Source: Acidimicrobiia bacterium (GTDB lineage: Bacteria; Actinomycetota; Acidimicrobiia; Spongiisociales; ZC4RG35). From it: a stretch of DNA of 64,000 nucleotides. The position numbers and the translations under genes were made by a program. This document shows positions 1-9,251 of the stretch, piece after piece. The stretch is taken from assembly GCA_965216905.1 (NCBI GenBank), contig OZ244213.1, positions 2,188,089 through 2,252,088 of the forward strand. Direction: 5' to 3'. The notes beneath the pieces were generated by a model that was given only the letters and a program-made list of their open reading frames with translations, searched no databases and was not told where the DNA came from. Positions within the stretch are counted from its first letter, which is position 1. Every line of letters starts with the position of its first letter.

Positions 1-248
1 GCGAAGGCGAGTTCGCTGACCATGAGCACGCGTCGCGGGCCGTGTCGGTCGATCAGCATTCCGGCCAGTGCCGAACCGGCCAGCGAGGTGACTCCCAATG
101 CCGCCATGACCACGGCCAGCTCACCCGGAGTCGCCTGAAACGTGAAGGCGGCCTTGCCCCAGATTCCGACGAAGAACGCAGCTTCCCCGCCGGTTCGGGA
201 GATGAATCGGGCCGCGACCGCGGCGAGAACGTGTCGGTCTCTGAGCAC
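1..248 (-). CDS. MFS-type transporter, N-terminal fragment (runs off window start)
   Basis: Minus-strand translation from GTG at 248 gives VLRDRHVLAAVAARFISRTGGEAAFFVGIWGKAAFTFQATPGELAVVMAALGVTSLAGSALAGMLIDRHGPRRVLMVSELAF, a typical MFS TM1-TM2 region. An in-frame stop lies just upstream at 339-341. The fragment is not in the ORF track because it has no stop within the window. Confidence 0.45.
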   Translation of the reverse strand, partial: MLRDRHVLAAVAARFISRTGGEAAFFVGIWGKAAFTFQATPGELAVVMAALGVTSLAGSALAGMLIDRHGPRRVLMVSELAF

Positions 249-442
249 CGTGGGAGTGTGGCACCGGCTCGTACCTCTCGCAGGCGTTTTTGCGATCCGC
301 CGGCGGGCCTCTTCTACGCTGCCGCTGTGGAACTCCTGTCACTCGTCGGTGAGAACGCGGAGGGTGGGTCCGAATCCGAACGCGGTCCGATGCTGGCCGT
401 GGCGGATGCGCTCGGTCGATGCTCGCGGGACACCGGTTCCAT

Positions 443-1133
443 GGTCATCGAACGCATGCGGCTCACCATCGACGACCATCGGGTGGCGGTCTTCGGAAGT
501 CGAGCCTCGCGACCGCCCACCGTGTGGGAGCAACTGATCGTCGAACACCGAATCGCCGGCGCGAGCCCGGAGGAGCGCCTGCTTCATGCCATCCGGCTCA
601 CCGAGCGGACCTGTCCGGTGTCGGTGATGCTGGGTTGTGCGGCTCGACTGAGCACCGGGCTGGTGATGATTCGGCAGGTCCAGGAGACCGAGACCCGGCG
701 GTTGCGGCAACGGATTCTCCGACCTCACCAGGCGCTGCAGGAGATGTGGATGCCCGGCCAGGATCACCCCGCCGCCGGCTTCTACGCCGCCACCGCCGCG
801 AATCGGGTGGTCGCAGTGGGGGCCATCCTTCCCTCGCCGAAGCCTCCCGATCCAGGTGCGCTCCAATCGCTGGACGATGCCGCCGGTAGGGACGACCTGT
901 GGAGGGTTCGCGGGATGGCGACCGAACCGGAACGGCGGGGTCACGGGTTGGGGTCGATGGTGCTGGATGCGCTGGTCAGACACGCCAGACGGGCGGGGGC
1001 ACGGGGCGTGTGGGCGAGCGTCCGGCTTCCGGCCCGGTCCCTCTATCGCCGCGCCGGGTTCGTCGAGATCTCCGACGTGTACGAGCCGGAGCACATCGGT
1101 CCTCACGTGCAGATGGCCACCGACCTCGATTGA
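443..1133 (+). CDS. GNAT family N-acetyltransferase (N-terminal extent uncertain)
   Basis: C-terminal 90 aa (RGMATEPERRGHGLGSMVLDALVRHARRAGARGVWASVRLPARSLYRRAGFVEISDVYEPE) match the GNAT acetyl-CoA binding motifs A/B. The upstream part of the 42..1133 ORF is R/G-rich and probably not coding. The start could be ATG 386 or 443. Confidence 0.5.
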
Positions 1134-1142
1134 CTCCGTCGA

Positions 1143-1952
1143 TCAGCGATTGGCCAGGCCGACCAGACCGGTGGCGGCCAGGGACACCCAAACGGCGATC
1201 GTCGCCTCGACCCCTTCCATGCCCTCGGTCAGGACGGCGACGACGGCGATGGCGATCGCGGCGATTCGAGCCGTCCGGATACGTGGGGGTGACAGCGTCC
1301 GTCGCGTCAGATCTCCCACCGAGTCGAGTGGGCCAGGATGGATCCGGGACAGCCCCCCGGCGAGCCCCAGGGCCACGACCGTCCACCCCCATGCGCTGGG
1401 AGCGATCCAGGTGGCGTCGGTCACTCCCGCCACCACCGCCGTTGCCAACCCGAGCACAGCGCCCGCCCAGAACTGCACTGCCAGTGGAGTCTCCTGGTCG
1501 AGGGCCGCACTCAGTCGCTGATCCACGACCATTGCCACCGCCACACCCACCGCCGCGATCCAACCCGGGCGGAAGGCCGCATACCCGCCGATTGCGAACA
1601 CGGCCATCACGTCGATGAGCGTCATGGGTCGTCCCGTCGTCCGGGCCAGGATGCGACACGCCAGCAGCGTGGCGAGGGAGGCGATCGCTCCGCCGGGGGT
1701 GATCATCAGTGAGGCTGCGATGGTCGCAATGCCGGCGACCAGGGCGGTGGTGGTCTCGTCGGGATCGAGCTCTCTGCCCAGCGCCCACGCGAAGAAGGCG
1801 ACGAACGCCGTGACCATGGCAGACGTCAATCGGCCGTCGTCTGCTGCGCGGAGCCACCCGGCCAGTGCGCCCCCACCGAAGAGGCCGACCGCCCAACGGT
1901 TCGAGGTGAGTGAGAGATCGATGTTGCGTTGGAGATGGCTGATCGGGGCCAT
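1143..1952 (-). CDS. integral membrane protein, polytopic (function unknown)
   Basis: 269-aa ORF with multiple hydrophobic helices and GC3-rich codon use. Its start overlaps the 5' end of the ClC ORF, so one of the two starts must be internal. Confidence 0.45.
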   Translation of the reverse strand: MAPISHLQRNIDLSLTSNRWAVGLFGGGALAGWLRAADDGRLTSAMVTAFVAFFAWALGRELDPDETTTALVAGIATIAASLMITPGGAIASLATLLACRILARTTGRPMTLIDVMAVFAIGGYAAFRPGWIAAVGVAVAMVVDQRLSAALDQETPLAVQFWAGAVLGLATAVVAGVTDATWIAPSAWGWTVVALGLAGGLSRIHPGPLDSVGDLTRRTLSPPRIRTARIAAIAIAVVAVLTEGMEGVEATIAVWVSLAATGLVGLANR

Positions 1953-2039
1953 CGGGGCACGGTACCGGCGTCGGGGGGAAGTGGTATTCGGTCGGATGGT
2001 GTGCCGGCGACGCCGACGGAGTCGATAGCCTGCACGTCA

Positions 2040-4148
2040 GTGCGCAACTGGCTCCTACCCGAGCGCGGCATCGCGCTGGTGCGCGACCGCGAGACCGCCA
2101 CGTTCCTCGGCCTGTCCCTGTTCGTGGGTGTGGTCGTCGGTTTCGGTGCCGCGGTGTTGGCGTTCGTCGCCGAAGGCGTGGCCGTGGCCTTCGAGCACCT
2201 CGGAGAAGCGTTGGGCGGTTCCCGGCTGATCCCGCTCCTGTCCGTGCCGCTGGGCGTGACCATCGCCTGGTGGATGGCTCGCCGCTTCGCCCCGGAGGTG
2301 GCCGGAGACGGTGTCCCCGAGGCGACCGCCGCCCTGGCGGTTCGAGGTGGCTACCTGTCGACGAAATCGATCCCGCTCAAGATCGTCGCCACCGCACTCA
2401 CGCTCGGCGGCGGAGGGTCGGCCGGGCGGGAGGGTCCCATCGTCCAGGTCGGAAGCGCAATCGGCTCGTCGATCTCACGCAGGTTCGGTCTCGGCGAAGA
2501 CCGGATCCGGAGCCTGGTGGCGGCGGGGGCAGCCGCCGGGATCGGGGCATCCTTCAACGCTCCCATCGCCGGCATGCTCTTTGCCCTCGAGGTGATCCTG
2601 GGGTCGATGGCTTTGCGTCATCTGTCGTCGGTGGTGCTCTCCAGCGTGGCCGCGGCCGTCACGTTTCGAAGCCTGGTCCCGGACGAGGAGTTGCTGTCGG
2701 CCAGCAGCTACAACCTGGAGGATCCGCGAGAGCTGGTGCTGTATGCGGGCTTGGCCGTGCTGGCCGTGGGGATCGCCTACCTCTTCTTGCGCCTGCTCGA
2801 CCTCGTCGAGACTCGAGCCGAGCACGTACGGCCGGCCTGGCTGCGGCCGGTCGGCCTGGCGGTGATGGTCGGCGGCATCGGTGTGATCGAACCCAGGGCG
2901 TTGGGAACCGGGCAGGAGTTCGTCACCGAGCTGCTCCTCTTCCAGCGTTTCGAGGAGGGCACCGGGGTCACCACCATCGCCGCCGGAGTCCTGTTGGCGC
3001 TGGCTGTCGGAAAGGCGATCGCCACGGCGTTGACCCTGTCGACCGGAGGTTCGGGCGGTGCCTTCATGCCCAGCCTGTTCATGGGCGCCGCTCTCGGTGC
3101 CGGCTACGCCAAACTGATCGATCCGTTCTGGGATCGGACGGGGGTTTCCGAAGTTCTTCCCGGTGCCTTTGCGGTCGTCGGCATGGCCACGGTCTTCGCG
3201 GCCGTCAGCCGGGCGCCGCTCACGGCGATCCTGATCGTGTTCGAGGTGACCGGAGCCAACGACTACGGCCTCGTCCTGCCACTGATGCTGTCGGCGGCGT
3301 TTGCCACCTTCGTGGCGGATCGGCTGCATCCCCAGAGTGTGTACTCGATGGCGCTCGCCAGAAAGGGAATCACGGTGCTCGGCACGGGCGAGGTGGATCT
3401 CTTGGACACCGTGTCCGTCGGAGAGGTGATGCGCCCCATCGAGGGTTCGATGGCGCATCCGGACGACCAGGTGGCGGAGGCGTCGGCGACCATGATCGAC
3501 AATCAGACCCATGGCCTGCTGGTGATCGATGAACGCCGACGCTTGGTCGGCGTCGTCACCATCGGAGACGTGGCACGGGCGGGGGGCCCCGACACCGGCC
3601 TGTCGGTCGCCGACGTCATGACCACGCGACCGGTGACGGTGGGGCCACAGACCCCGGTGTCGATGGCACTGGAGCGGATGGCGGTGCTGGGGGTAGGACG
3701 GCTTCCGGTCGTCGCGGACGACGAGGGGCATCGTCCCATCGGGGTGTTCGGGCGTCGAGACGCCATCCGCGCCTATCACGATGCGCTGGGTCGGAGGACG
3801 GGGCGCCAACTCGAACAGGAGCGCCTCCGCCAGCGCACCGAGCCGGGAGCCGGCTACTTCGACTTCCGGGTCCCGCCTGGATCGGTGGCCGATGGCGAGC
3901 CGGTTCGGACGATCGCCTGGCCGGAGGGCTCGACCCTGGTCTCCGTGCGGAGAGGGACCGACGTCGTCGTACCGGCCGGGTCGACCGTGCTGTCGTCGGG
4001 GGACGTCGTCACGGCTTTCGGTCCGGAGTCGGCAAAGGAGGCGATCATCGACCTCATGAACGCCGAGGCCGACGAGCCGACCGCCGAGATCTCTCTCGAC
4101 GAGATGGTCGACTCGCTCGGGGATACCGGCGAGCACTCGCTCGAGTGA
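2040..4148 (+). CDS. ClC-family chloride channel/H+-Cl- antiporter with C-terminal CBS pair and TrkA-C domain
   Basis: GREGPIVQVG, GGSGGAFMPSLF and other ClC signature segments are present. Two CBS motifs follow (VMRPIEG...LLVIDERRRLVGVVTIGDV, VMTTRPVTV...GRLPVVAD). A TrkA-C-like tail (VADGEPVRTIAWPEGSTLVSVRRG) ends the protein. The start is set to in-frame GTG 2040 to avoid overlap with the divergent gene; ATG 1929 is possible. Confidence 0.8.
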   Translation: MRNWLLPERGIALVRDRETATFLGLSLFVGVVVGFGAAVLAFVAEGVAVAFEHLGEALGGSRLIPLLSVPLGVTIAWWMARRFAPEVAGDGVPEATAALAVRGGYLSTKSIPLKIVATALTLGGGGSAGREGPIVQVGSAIGSSISRRFGLGEDRIRSLVAAGAAAGIGASFNAPIAGMLFALEVILGSMALRHLSSVVLSSVAAAVTFRSLVPDEELLSASSYNLEDPRELVLYAGLAVLAVGIAYLFLRLLDLVETRAEHVRPAWLRPVGLAVMVGGIGVIEPRALGTGQEFVTELLLFQRFEEGTGVTTIAAGVLLALAVGKAIATALTLSTGGSGGAFMPSLFMGAALGAGYAKLIDPFWDRTGVSEVLPGAFAVVGMATVFAAVSRAPLTAILIVFEVTGANDYGLVLPLMLSAAFATFVADRLHPQSVYSMALARKGITVLGTGEVDLLDTVSVGEVMRPIEGSMAHPDDQVAEASATMIDNQTHGLLVIDERRRLVGVVTIGDVARAGGPDTGLSVADVMTTRPVTVGPQTPVSMALERMAVLGVGRLPVVADDEGHRPIGVFGRRDAIRAYHDALGRRTGRQLEQERLRQRTEPGAGYFDFRVPPGSVADGEPVRTIAWPEGSTLVSVRRGTDVVVPAGSTVLSSGDVVTAFGPESAKEAIIDLMNAEADEPTAEISLDEMVDSLGDTGEHSLE

Positions 4149-4171
4149 CCGAGGGCACGCCGGGGCGAGCG

Positions 4172-4573
4172 TCAGCCCATCGAGGTCGTGTGCTCCGGAG
4201 TGACGCGCACGACGACCCGCTCCTCGTCGGGTTGATGCCATGGGTATGAGTCCTGGCCCATGTACTTGCTGGCCATCCGGTCGATGAACGCCTTGTCCGG
4301 ATCCGGATCGATTGCGGTCACCGTCCCCCGGACTTCCAGATACCGGTAGGGATTGGTCGGGTCGATCACCGAGATCGCCACTCGAGGTTCCCGTCCGATG
4401 TTCCGGTACTTCTGGCGGGCCGTGGTCTGGGAGAATCTGATCTCGCCCTCGGTCCACTCGAACCAGATCGGGTTGGTCTGTGGCTCGCCCTTCGGTCCGA
4501 CGGTCGCCACGTGGGCGATCGTCCGGGCGTCCCAGCTCAACAGGTCTGCATACTCGTCGGGAATCATCGACAC
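4172..4573 (-). CDS. PPOX-class (pyridoxamine 5'-phosphate oxidase family) F420-dependent enzyme
   Basis: 133 aa. TIAHVATVGPKGEPQTNPIWFEW...RYLEVRGTVTAI matches the split-barrel PNPOx/F420-binding fold. Confidence 0.7.
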   Translation of the reverse strand: MSMIPDEYADLLSWDARTIAHVATVGPKGEPQTNPIWFEWTEGEIRFSQTTARQKYRNIGREPRVAISVIDPTNPYRYLEVRGTVTAIDPDPDKAFIDRMASKYMGQDSYPWHQPDEERVVVRVTPEHTTSMG

Positions 4574-4609
4574 TCCTCGTGACTGGACGGTTGAACCGGC
4601 TCGGCGGGC

Positions 4610-5083
4610 CTACAAATACATCCCGGTCGGGCCGGGCTCACCGGTGGTTTGGGGCACCTGGCGCTGCATCTCGGCGAGTTGGGCCTGGGCGGCCATCTGC
4701 TGGGTGAACAGGGATGCCTGGATGCCGTGGAAGAGGCCCTCGAGCCATCCGATCAGCTGGGCCTGGGAGAGACGGACTTCCGATTCGGAGGCCACCGAGT
4801 CTCCGCGCAGCGGGACGAATATCTCGTCGAACTCGGCGATCAGCTCTTCCGACAGCATGCCCCGCAACTCCTCGAGCGTCTGGTCGTGTACCCGGGAGAG
4901 ACGCTGTCGACCCGCCTCGTCGAGCGGAGCCTGCCGAACCTCGTCGAGCATCGCCCGAGTCATCGACGCCAGACGAATCAGCTTGGTGGGAGAGGAGACG
5001 GCCGGTTCGGCGGCGTCCGTCGCGTCGTCCTCGGGTTCCGGGGCGGTGGAGATGTCGTCGGGGGTGAGCGCCTCACTGGTCAT
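4610..5083 (-). CDS. bpa: bacterial proteasome activator Bpa/PafE-like (DUF2587)
   Basis: 157 aa with an acidic N-terminal tail, a helical core (LIRLASMTRAMLDEVRQAPLDEAGRQRLSRVHDQTLEEL...) and a C-terminal ...GEPGPTGMYL. This resembles the GQYL proteasome-gating motif of Rv3780. ATG is at 5083 (MTSEALT). The longer 283-aa ORF extension was rejected. Confidence 0.65.
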   Translation of the reverse strand: MTSEALTPDDISTAPEPEDDATDAAEPAVSSPTKLIRLASMTRAMLDEVRQAPLDEAGRQRLSRVHDQTLEELRGMLSEELIAEFDEIFVPLRGDSVASESEVRLSQAQLIGWLEGLFHGIQASLFTQQMAAQAQLAEMQRQVPQTTGEPGPTGMYL

Positions 5084-5161
5084 ACCGGCAGGATACCGTC
5101 CGGTTGCAGTCTTGCCGCAGAAAACGTAATATATTGTGGAGTATCGAAGAAAGGTGTGACA

Positions 5162-5395
5162 GTGGCTGAGACAGATGATCTGCCTCCCATCCTCGATGCG
5201 GCGCAGGTTGCGGATTTGCTCAGCATGAACGTGCAGATGGTTCGGCGGTATGCCCGTGAGGGGCGCATCCCCGCCTACAAGCTGCCCGGCGGCCGCACGT
5301 TCAAGTTCTTCCGCGACGAGGTGTTCGAGTTCGTCCGCGCCCACCCGGTGGTGGCCGAGGAGGAGCAGTCGGTCAGCGGAGAGATCGGGGCCTGA
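5162..5395 (+). CDS. small helix-turn-helix DNA-binding protein (excisionase/MerR-like HTH family)
   Basis: 77 aa from GTG 5162. AAQVADLLSMNVQMVRRYAREGRIPAYKLPGGRTFKFFRDEVFEFV is the excisionase-family HTH signature. It is preceded by an unusually AT-rich 45 bp (5118-5160) and divergent from bpa. Confidence 0.45.
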   Translation: MAETDDLPPILDAAQVADLLSMNVQMVRRYAREGRIPAYKLPGGRTFKFFRDEVFEFVRAHPVVAEEEQSVSGEIGA

Positions 5396-5990
5396 CCACC
5401 AGATCGATCCGTTCGGTGGGGATGTAGTGATGGACGTGGTCGAGATCGCGGAAGTCGACATGGTCCTCGGCGACGATGGTGATCGTGCCGTCCAGTGTGA
5501 GCGGGGCGCCTCCGGTGAGGATGGATCCAGCGATCACCGTCACTCGCTCGCCGGTCTGTTCGAACTCGGACAGGCGGGCGCGGAACGTCACCGATCCGCC
5601 ACCCACGCTTCGGCCGCCGACCACGGCTCGTCGGATCGTCATGACCCCACCCGCCAGGCGGACGTCGGCGATCTCGGCCTCGGTTTCCAGGGTCAGGTAG
5701 TCGCGACCCACATGGGTGGCGATCCCGGTGATCGTGCGGCCGGTCAGGACGACCGACACCGTGTCGCCCCGGTGGGCTGCGTCGCGGGCCGCATCGGCCA
5801 GTGTCCGCTTGCGCAGCCGCCCGGTCTCGGTTTCGTGTTCGACGATCTCCGCTTCGATCCGGAACTCGCTCCCGACGGATTCGCGCAGCTGACGGGCGAG
5901 ATCGTCGATGGGATCGTCCTGCCAGTCGTTCGGGCCTCGGCTCGTCACAACCACCTCACCTCGAATATCCTTGTCCGTCGGAGGGAGCGG
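5373..5990 (-). CDS. hypothetical soluble protein (about 205 aa) immediately upstream of and divergent from the tad locus
   Basis: In-frame ATG (MTPLPPTDKDIRG...) at 5990. GC3-rich with no TM segments. The extension to 6245 was rejected. Confidence 0.35.
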   Translation of the reverse strand, partial: PLPPTDKDIRGEVVVTSRGPNDWQDDPIDDLARQLRESVGSEFRIEAEIVEHETETGRLRKRTLADAARDAAHRGDTVSVVLTGRTITGIATHVGRDYLTLETEAEIADVRLAGGVMTIRRAVVGGRSVGGGSVTFRARLSEFEQTGERVTVIAGSILTGGAPLTLDGTITIVAEDHVDFRDLDHVHHYIPTERIDLVVRPRSLR

Positions 5991-5994
5991 AGTC

Positions 5995-6792
5995 ATGGTG
6001 ACACAACCGGCCGGTGACACAACCCGTCCCGACCTGCCCGCGGTGGCGCGTCGTCCCTGGTGGTCCCGGGTATCGACCGGCCAGCTTCTCATGGTGATCG
6101 CGGCCATCGCCGCTTTCCTGCTGAATCTCAATCTCCTTCGCGCCCGGGACGAGGTTTCGCTGGTCGCCGTCGCCGTCGACGAACTGACACCGGGGCAAGT
6201 GTTCGAGCCGTCGGCCGTCGAGTACGTGGAGATCGATGCCGCCAACCCGATGCTCGGTCAGCTCTTGACCAACGATCAGGTCCCCGCCCTGGAAGGTCAG
6301 ATCGTCGTGACCCGGGTCGAGGCGGGCGTTCCGGTGTCGCGGAGCTTCCTCGGGGACCCGGCGGCCGATGGGACCCTGCGGGCGATGAGCATCCCCGTCG
6401 AGCCGGAACACGCCGTCGGTGGACGGCTGATCACCGAGGGGGACGTGGTCGATGTCATCGCGGTGGTCGATGGCAGGGCTCGGTACGTCGTCACCGGAGC
6501 CGAGGTGTTGGGCGTGACCGGGGCGGGCGATGCCACGGGCCTCGCCGCCGTGCAGCAGGGGTTCTCCATCATCGTCGCCGTCGATGCACCGACGGCGCTC
6601 GCCATCGCCGAAGCGTTGGAGGCCGATTCGCTCGAGGTGATCCGGGCGACCGGTGCTCCGGTGCCCGAGCTGTTGGAGTTGCCGCAACCCGCGGCGGAGT
6701 CGTCCGACGACGGAGCGGTCGCGGAGGAGGGTGAAGTTGCCCCACCCGTCGAACCGACCGAATCTGCCGCCCCGACCACCCAAGGATCGTGA
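5995..6792 (+). CDS. cpaB: Flp pilus assembly protein CpaB/RcpC (SAF domain)
   Basis: N-terminal membrane anchor (RRPWWSRVSTGQLLMVIAAIAAFLLNL) followed by a SAF-like region (VAVAVDELTPGQVFEPSAVEYVEI). First gene of the tad block. The start could be GTG near 6040. Confidence 0.7.
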   Translation: MVTQPAGDTTRPDLPAVARRPWWSRVSTGQLLMVIAAIAAFLLNLNLLRARDEVSLVAVAVDELTPGQVFEPSAVEYVEIDAANPMLGQLLTNDQVPALEGQIVVTRVEAGVPVSRSFLGDPAADGTLRAMSIPVEPEHAVGGRLITEGDVVDVIAVVDGRARYVVTGAEVLGVTGAGDATGLAAVQQGFSIIVAVDAPTALAIAEALEADSLEVIRATGAPVPELLELPQPAAESSDDGAVAEEGEVAPPVEPTESAAPTTQGS

Positions 6793-6795
6793 CCG

Positions 6796-7974
6796 GTGCG
6801 TGACCTCGAGCTGGCGATCGCTGTCTCGGCCCGAACGTGGCCGGATCGCCTGCGCCACTTTCTCGCCGACCACGGTGGGGCTCGGGTGCGGGTCTCCGCC
6901 ATGGGTCCGGAGGACCTACTGGCCGAGGCGTTCGACGTGCTGCTCATCGACGACATCTGCTCGTTCCTCACGCCCCGGCTGGTGGACTTGGTGTCCGAGG
7001 ACGGCCGCCGGGTCGTCGGTGTCTACGACCCGAGCGAGTTCGCCGACGGCAAGGAACGGCTGCTGGAGTGCGGTGTTGCCGATGTGGTCGAGGCCGCTGC
7101 CGCCCCGGAGGAGTTCCTCTCGATCTCGAAGGGAGTGGCGTCGGACCAGCGAATCGCCGAGAAGGTCGAAGAGCGGGTCGACGAACCGGTGGAGCACGGC
7201 GATGAGGCACCATCGGCCACGCCGGCCATCATCGCGGTCGGGGGACCGAGCGGAGGGGTCGGCGCCACGGAGGTCGGTGTGCACCTGGCGGCCCAGCTGG
7301 CACGGAGAGGGCCGACCGTTCTCGTCGATTGCGACGAGAACGCTCCATCGGTGGCACAGCGGCTGGGTCTGCCGCTCCATCCGAACATTCGCACCGCCGT
7401 CGATGTGCTCGAGCATCGGACCGGCTCGCTCGACCGGGTTCTGCACCAGGTCGACGGCCGTGGTTTCGTCGCCCTGCCCGGCCTCGCCAACGTGGCCGAC
7501 TGGGCCGAAGTGCGATCACGCCAAGTGGCCGACGTCATTCGAACGCTGGGGCTGAGCCGGCTGCATGTCGTCGTCAACGTCGGCAGCCGCATCGAGCCTT
7601 CGGCTTTCGGGGAGGGCTTGGATCGTTCGGCGATGAGCCGGACGGCGCTGGGTCTGGCCGACATGGTCGTGGCGGTCGGGCAGGCCTCGCCCGTCGGCGT
7701 CGCCCGGCTGCTGGAGTGGACTGCGACGGCCCAGCCGCTGAACCGGGAGCGATCGATGCACATCATGCTCAACCGTGCCCCGTCGGACCGGTTCCGGCGC
7801 GGCGAACTCCTCCAAGAGGTGACCAGGACGTACCAACCCGCCAGCTTCGTGTTCCTGCCCGAAGACTCGAGACTGTCGTCGGCGGCGTGGTCGGGGTCGG
7901 TGGTCGATCGGGGTCGATTCCGGAAAGCGATCGATCGCTGGGCTGCGAGCTTCGTGCCGGTGGTCGAGTCATGA
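6796..7974 (+). CDS. tadZ: TadZ/CpaE-like pilus localisation ATPase (receiver-like N-domain plus MinD/ParA-like domain)
   Basis: Degenerate deviant Walker A (AIIAVGGPSGGVGATEVGVHLAAQLARRG). GTG start 3 nt after the cpaB stop. TGA overlaps the tadA ATG (ATGA). Confidence 0.7.
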   Translation: MRDLELAIAVSARTWPDRLRHFLADHGGARVRVSAMGPEDLLAEAFDVLLIDDICSFLTPRLVDLVSEDGRRVVGVYDPSEFADGKERLLECGVADVVEAAAAPEEFLSISKGVASDQRIAEKVEERVDEPVEHGDEAPSATPAIIAVGGPSGGVGATEVGVHLAAQLARRGPTVLVDCDENAPSVAQRLGLPLHPNIRTAVDVLEHRTGSLDRVLHQVDGRGFVALPGLANVADWAEVRSRQVADVIRTLGLSRLHVVVNVGSRIEPSAFGEGLDRSAMSRTALGLADMVVAVGQASPVGVARLLEWTATAQPLNRERSMHIMLNRAPSDRFRRGELLQEVTRTYQPASFVFLPEDSRLSSAAWSGSVVDRGRFRKAIDRWAASFVPVVES

Positions 7975-9251
7975 CGGTCGCCAACGCCTACGAGTGGATT
8001 CGCATGCGGGCGCTTCAGCTCGTCGAGACGGAGCGAATCGACAGCAACGCCGACCGCGAGCGGGTGGCGGAGATCGTCATGACGGCCGTCGACGAGTATC
8101 AGCGGCTCGCCCACCTCGGCGAGAGTCGGGCTCTCAACAACCCCAACGACATGGTCGATCGCGTGGTGCGGTCGTTGTCGGAGTACGGACCCCTGACCTC
8201 GTTGATCGACCGCACCGACGTCGAAGAGATCTTCATCGAGGGATCGCGAGTGACGTTCATCGACGGATCCGGCCGTCTCCGCAGCCTGGAGGAACCGACC
8301 ACCGCCGAGGAGAACCGGCACGTGGTCGACCGGCTGCTGGCCGCCACCGACCGAAGGCTCGATGCGTCGAGCCCGATCGTGCAAGCCCGCGTCCTCGACG
8401 GGAGCGCTCGGCTGACGGCGGTGATCCCGCCCGTGTCCGACCAGACCTCGGTGACCATCCGCCGCTACGCCCTCCGCAAAGAGAGCTTGTCATCGCTCGT
8501 CGAGCTCGACTCGCTCACCCCGACGGCCGCATCGTTCCTGTGGCTGATGATGCAGGCCAACACGTCGGTCATGATCTCCGGTCCTCCGGGCGCAGGGAAG
8601 ACCTCGTTGCTGTCCGCGATGCTGAACGCCGCTCCGGGCACCCACTGCATCCGGTGCTGTGAGGAGGTCCGGGAGTTGCATGTGCCGATCGTGCACGGAT
8701 CGTTCTACGAGGCTCGACCACCGGGCCTCGACGGGACCGGTGAGGTTTCACTGCGGGACCTGGTCAAGGTGGTGCTGGCCATGCGCCCCGACCGCATCGT
8801 GGTGGGCGAGGTGCGGGGCGCCGAGGCGTTCGAGTTGACCAGAGCGGTCAATGCCGGGACCGGCTTCGCCTGCACCGTCCATGCCAACTCGGCAGCCGAT
8901 GCTCTGGCGGCTCTCGTCAACGCCGCTTTGATGGCGGGAGAGAACGTTCCCGAAGCGGTGGTACGCAAGGTGTTCTCGGCTTCGATCGACGTGGTGGTGC
9001 ATTGCGACCGCGAGGCGGTCGGCGAAGGCGAGTCGACGATGCTGCGCCAGGTTCGGGAAGTCCTGGCGGTGGTTCCCTCCCTGCACGACGACTTCTCGAC
9101 CGAGCCCATCTTCGTGCGGGAGCGAATGGGGGCGCCCCTGGCGTGGACCGGAGCGCAACCCCCGGAACGACTTCTGCACCGGCTCTCCCAGCTGCTGCCC
9201 CGCGACGTGACGATCGTCGACGTCCTGGAAGGCCGGGTGAGCCTGCCGTGA
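7971..9251 (+). CDS. tadA: CpaF/TadA secretion ATPase (type II/IV secretion NTPase family)
   Basis: Walker A (MISGPPGAGKTSLL), Walker B (DRIVVGEVRGAEA) and His box (TVHANSAADAL). ATG 7971 overlaps the upstream stop. The long N-terminal extension in the ORF track was rejected. Confidence 0.9.
   Translation: MTVANAYEWIRMRALQLVETERIDSNADRERVAEIVMTAVDEYQRLAHLGESRALNNPNDMVDRVVRSLSEYGPLTSLIDRTDVEEIFIEGSRVTFIDGSGRLRSLEEPTTAEENRHVVDRLLAATDRRLDASSPIVQARVLDGSARLTAVIPPVSDQTSVTIRRYALRKESLSSLVELDSLTPTAASFLWLMMQANTSVMISGPPGAGKTSLLSAMLNAAPGTHCIRCCEEVRELHVPIVHGSFYEARPPGLDGTGEVSLRDLVKVVLAMRPDRIVVGEVRGAEAFELTRAVNAGTGFACTVHANSAADALAALVNAALMAGENVPEAVVRKVFSASIDVVVHCDREAVGEGESTMLRQVREVLAVVPSLHDDFSTEPIFVRERMGAPLAWTGAQPPERLLHRLSQLLPRDVTIVDVLEGRVSLP

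Noticed and set aside
976-1896. 306-aa minus-strand ORF and 899..1618 plus-strand ORF
   Set aside because: Alternative frames over the polytopic membrane-protein gene. Arg/Pro/Gly-rich with no hydrophobic segments.
2475-4457. 660-aa minus-strand ORF
   Set aside because: It is antisense to the well-supported ClC/CBS gene and the PPOX gene. Its composition is extremely Arg/Gly/Asp/His-rich with no domain signatures, a typical high-GC antisense artefact.
5162-5395. Excisionase-type HTH as evidence of a prophage or integrative element
   Set aside because: There is no integrase, no direct repeats and no tRNA at this position. The gene is more likely a chromosomal regulator.
5084-5461. Upstream 126 codons of ORF 4610..5461 fused to the Bpa-like protein
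   Set aside because: It runs antisense over the HTH gene and the AT-rich promoter region. The Bpa homology begins exactly at ATG 5083.
7023-8384. 453-aa minus-strand ORF, plus N-terminal 200 codons of ORF 7329..9251
   Set aside because: Antisense to, or out of frame with, tadZ/tadA. tadA clearly starts at ATG 7971, overlapping the tadZ stop.
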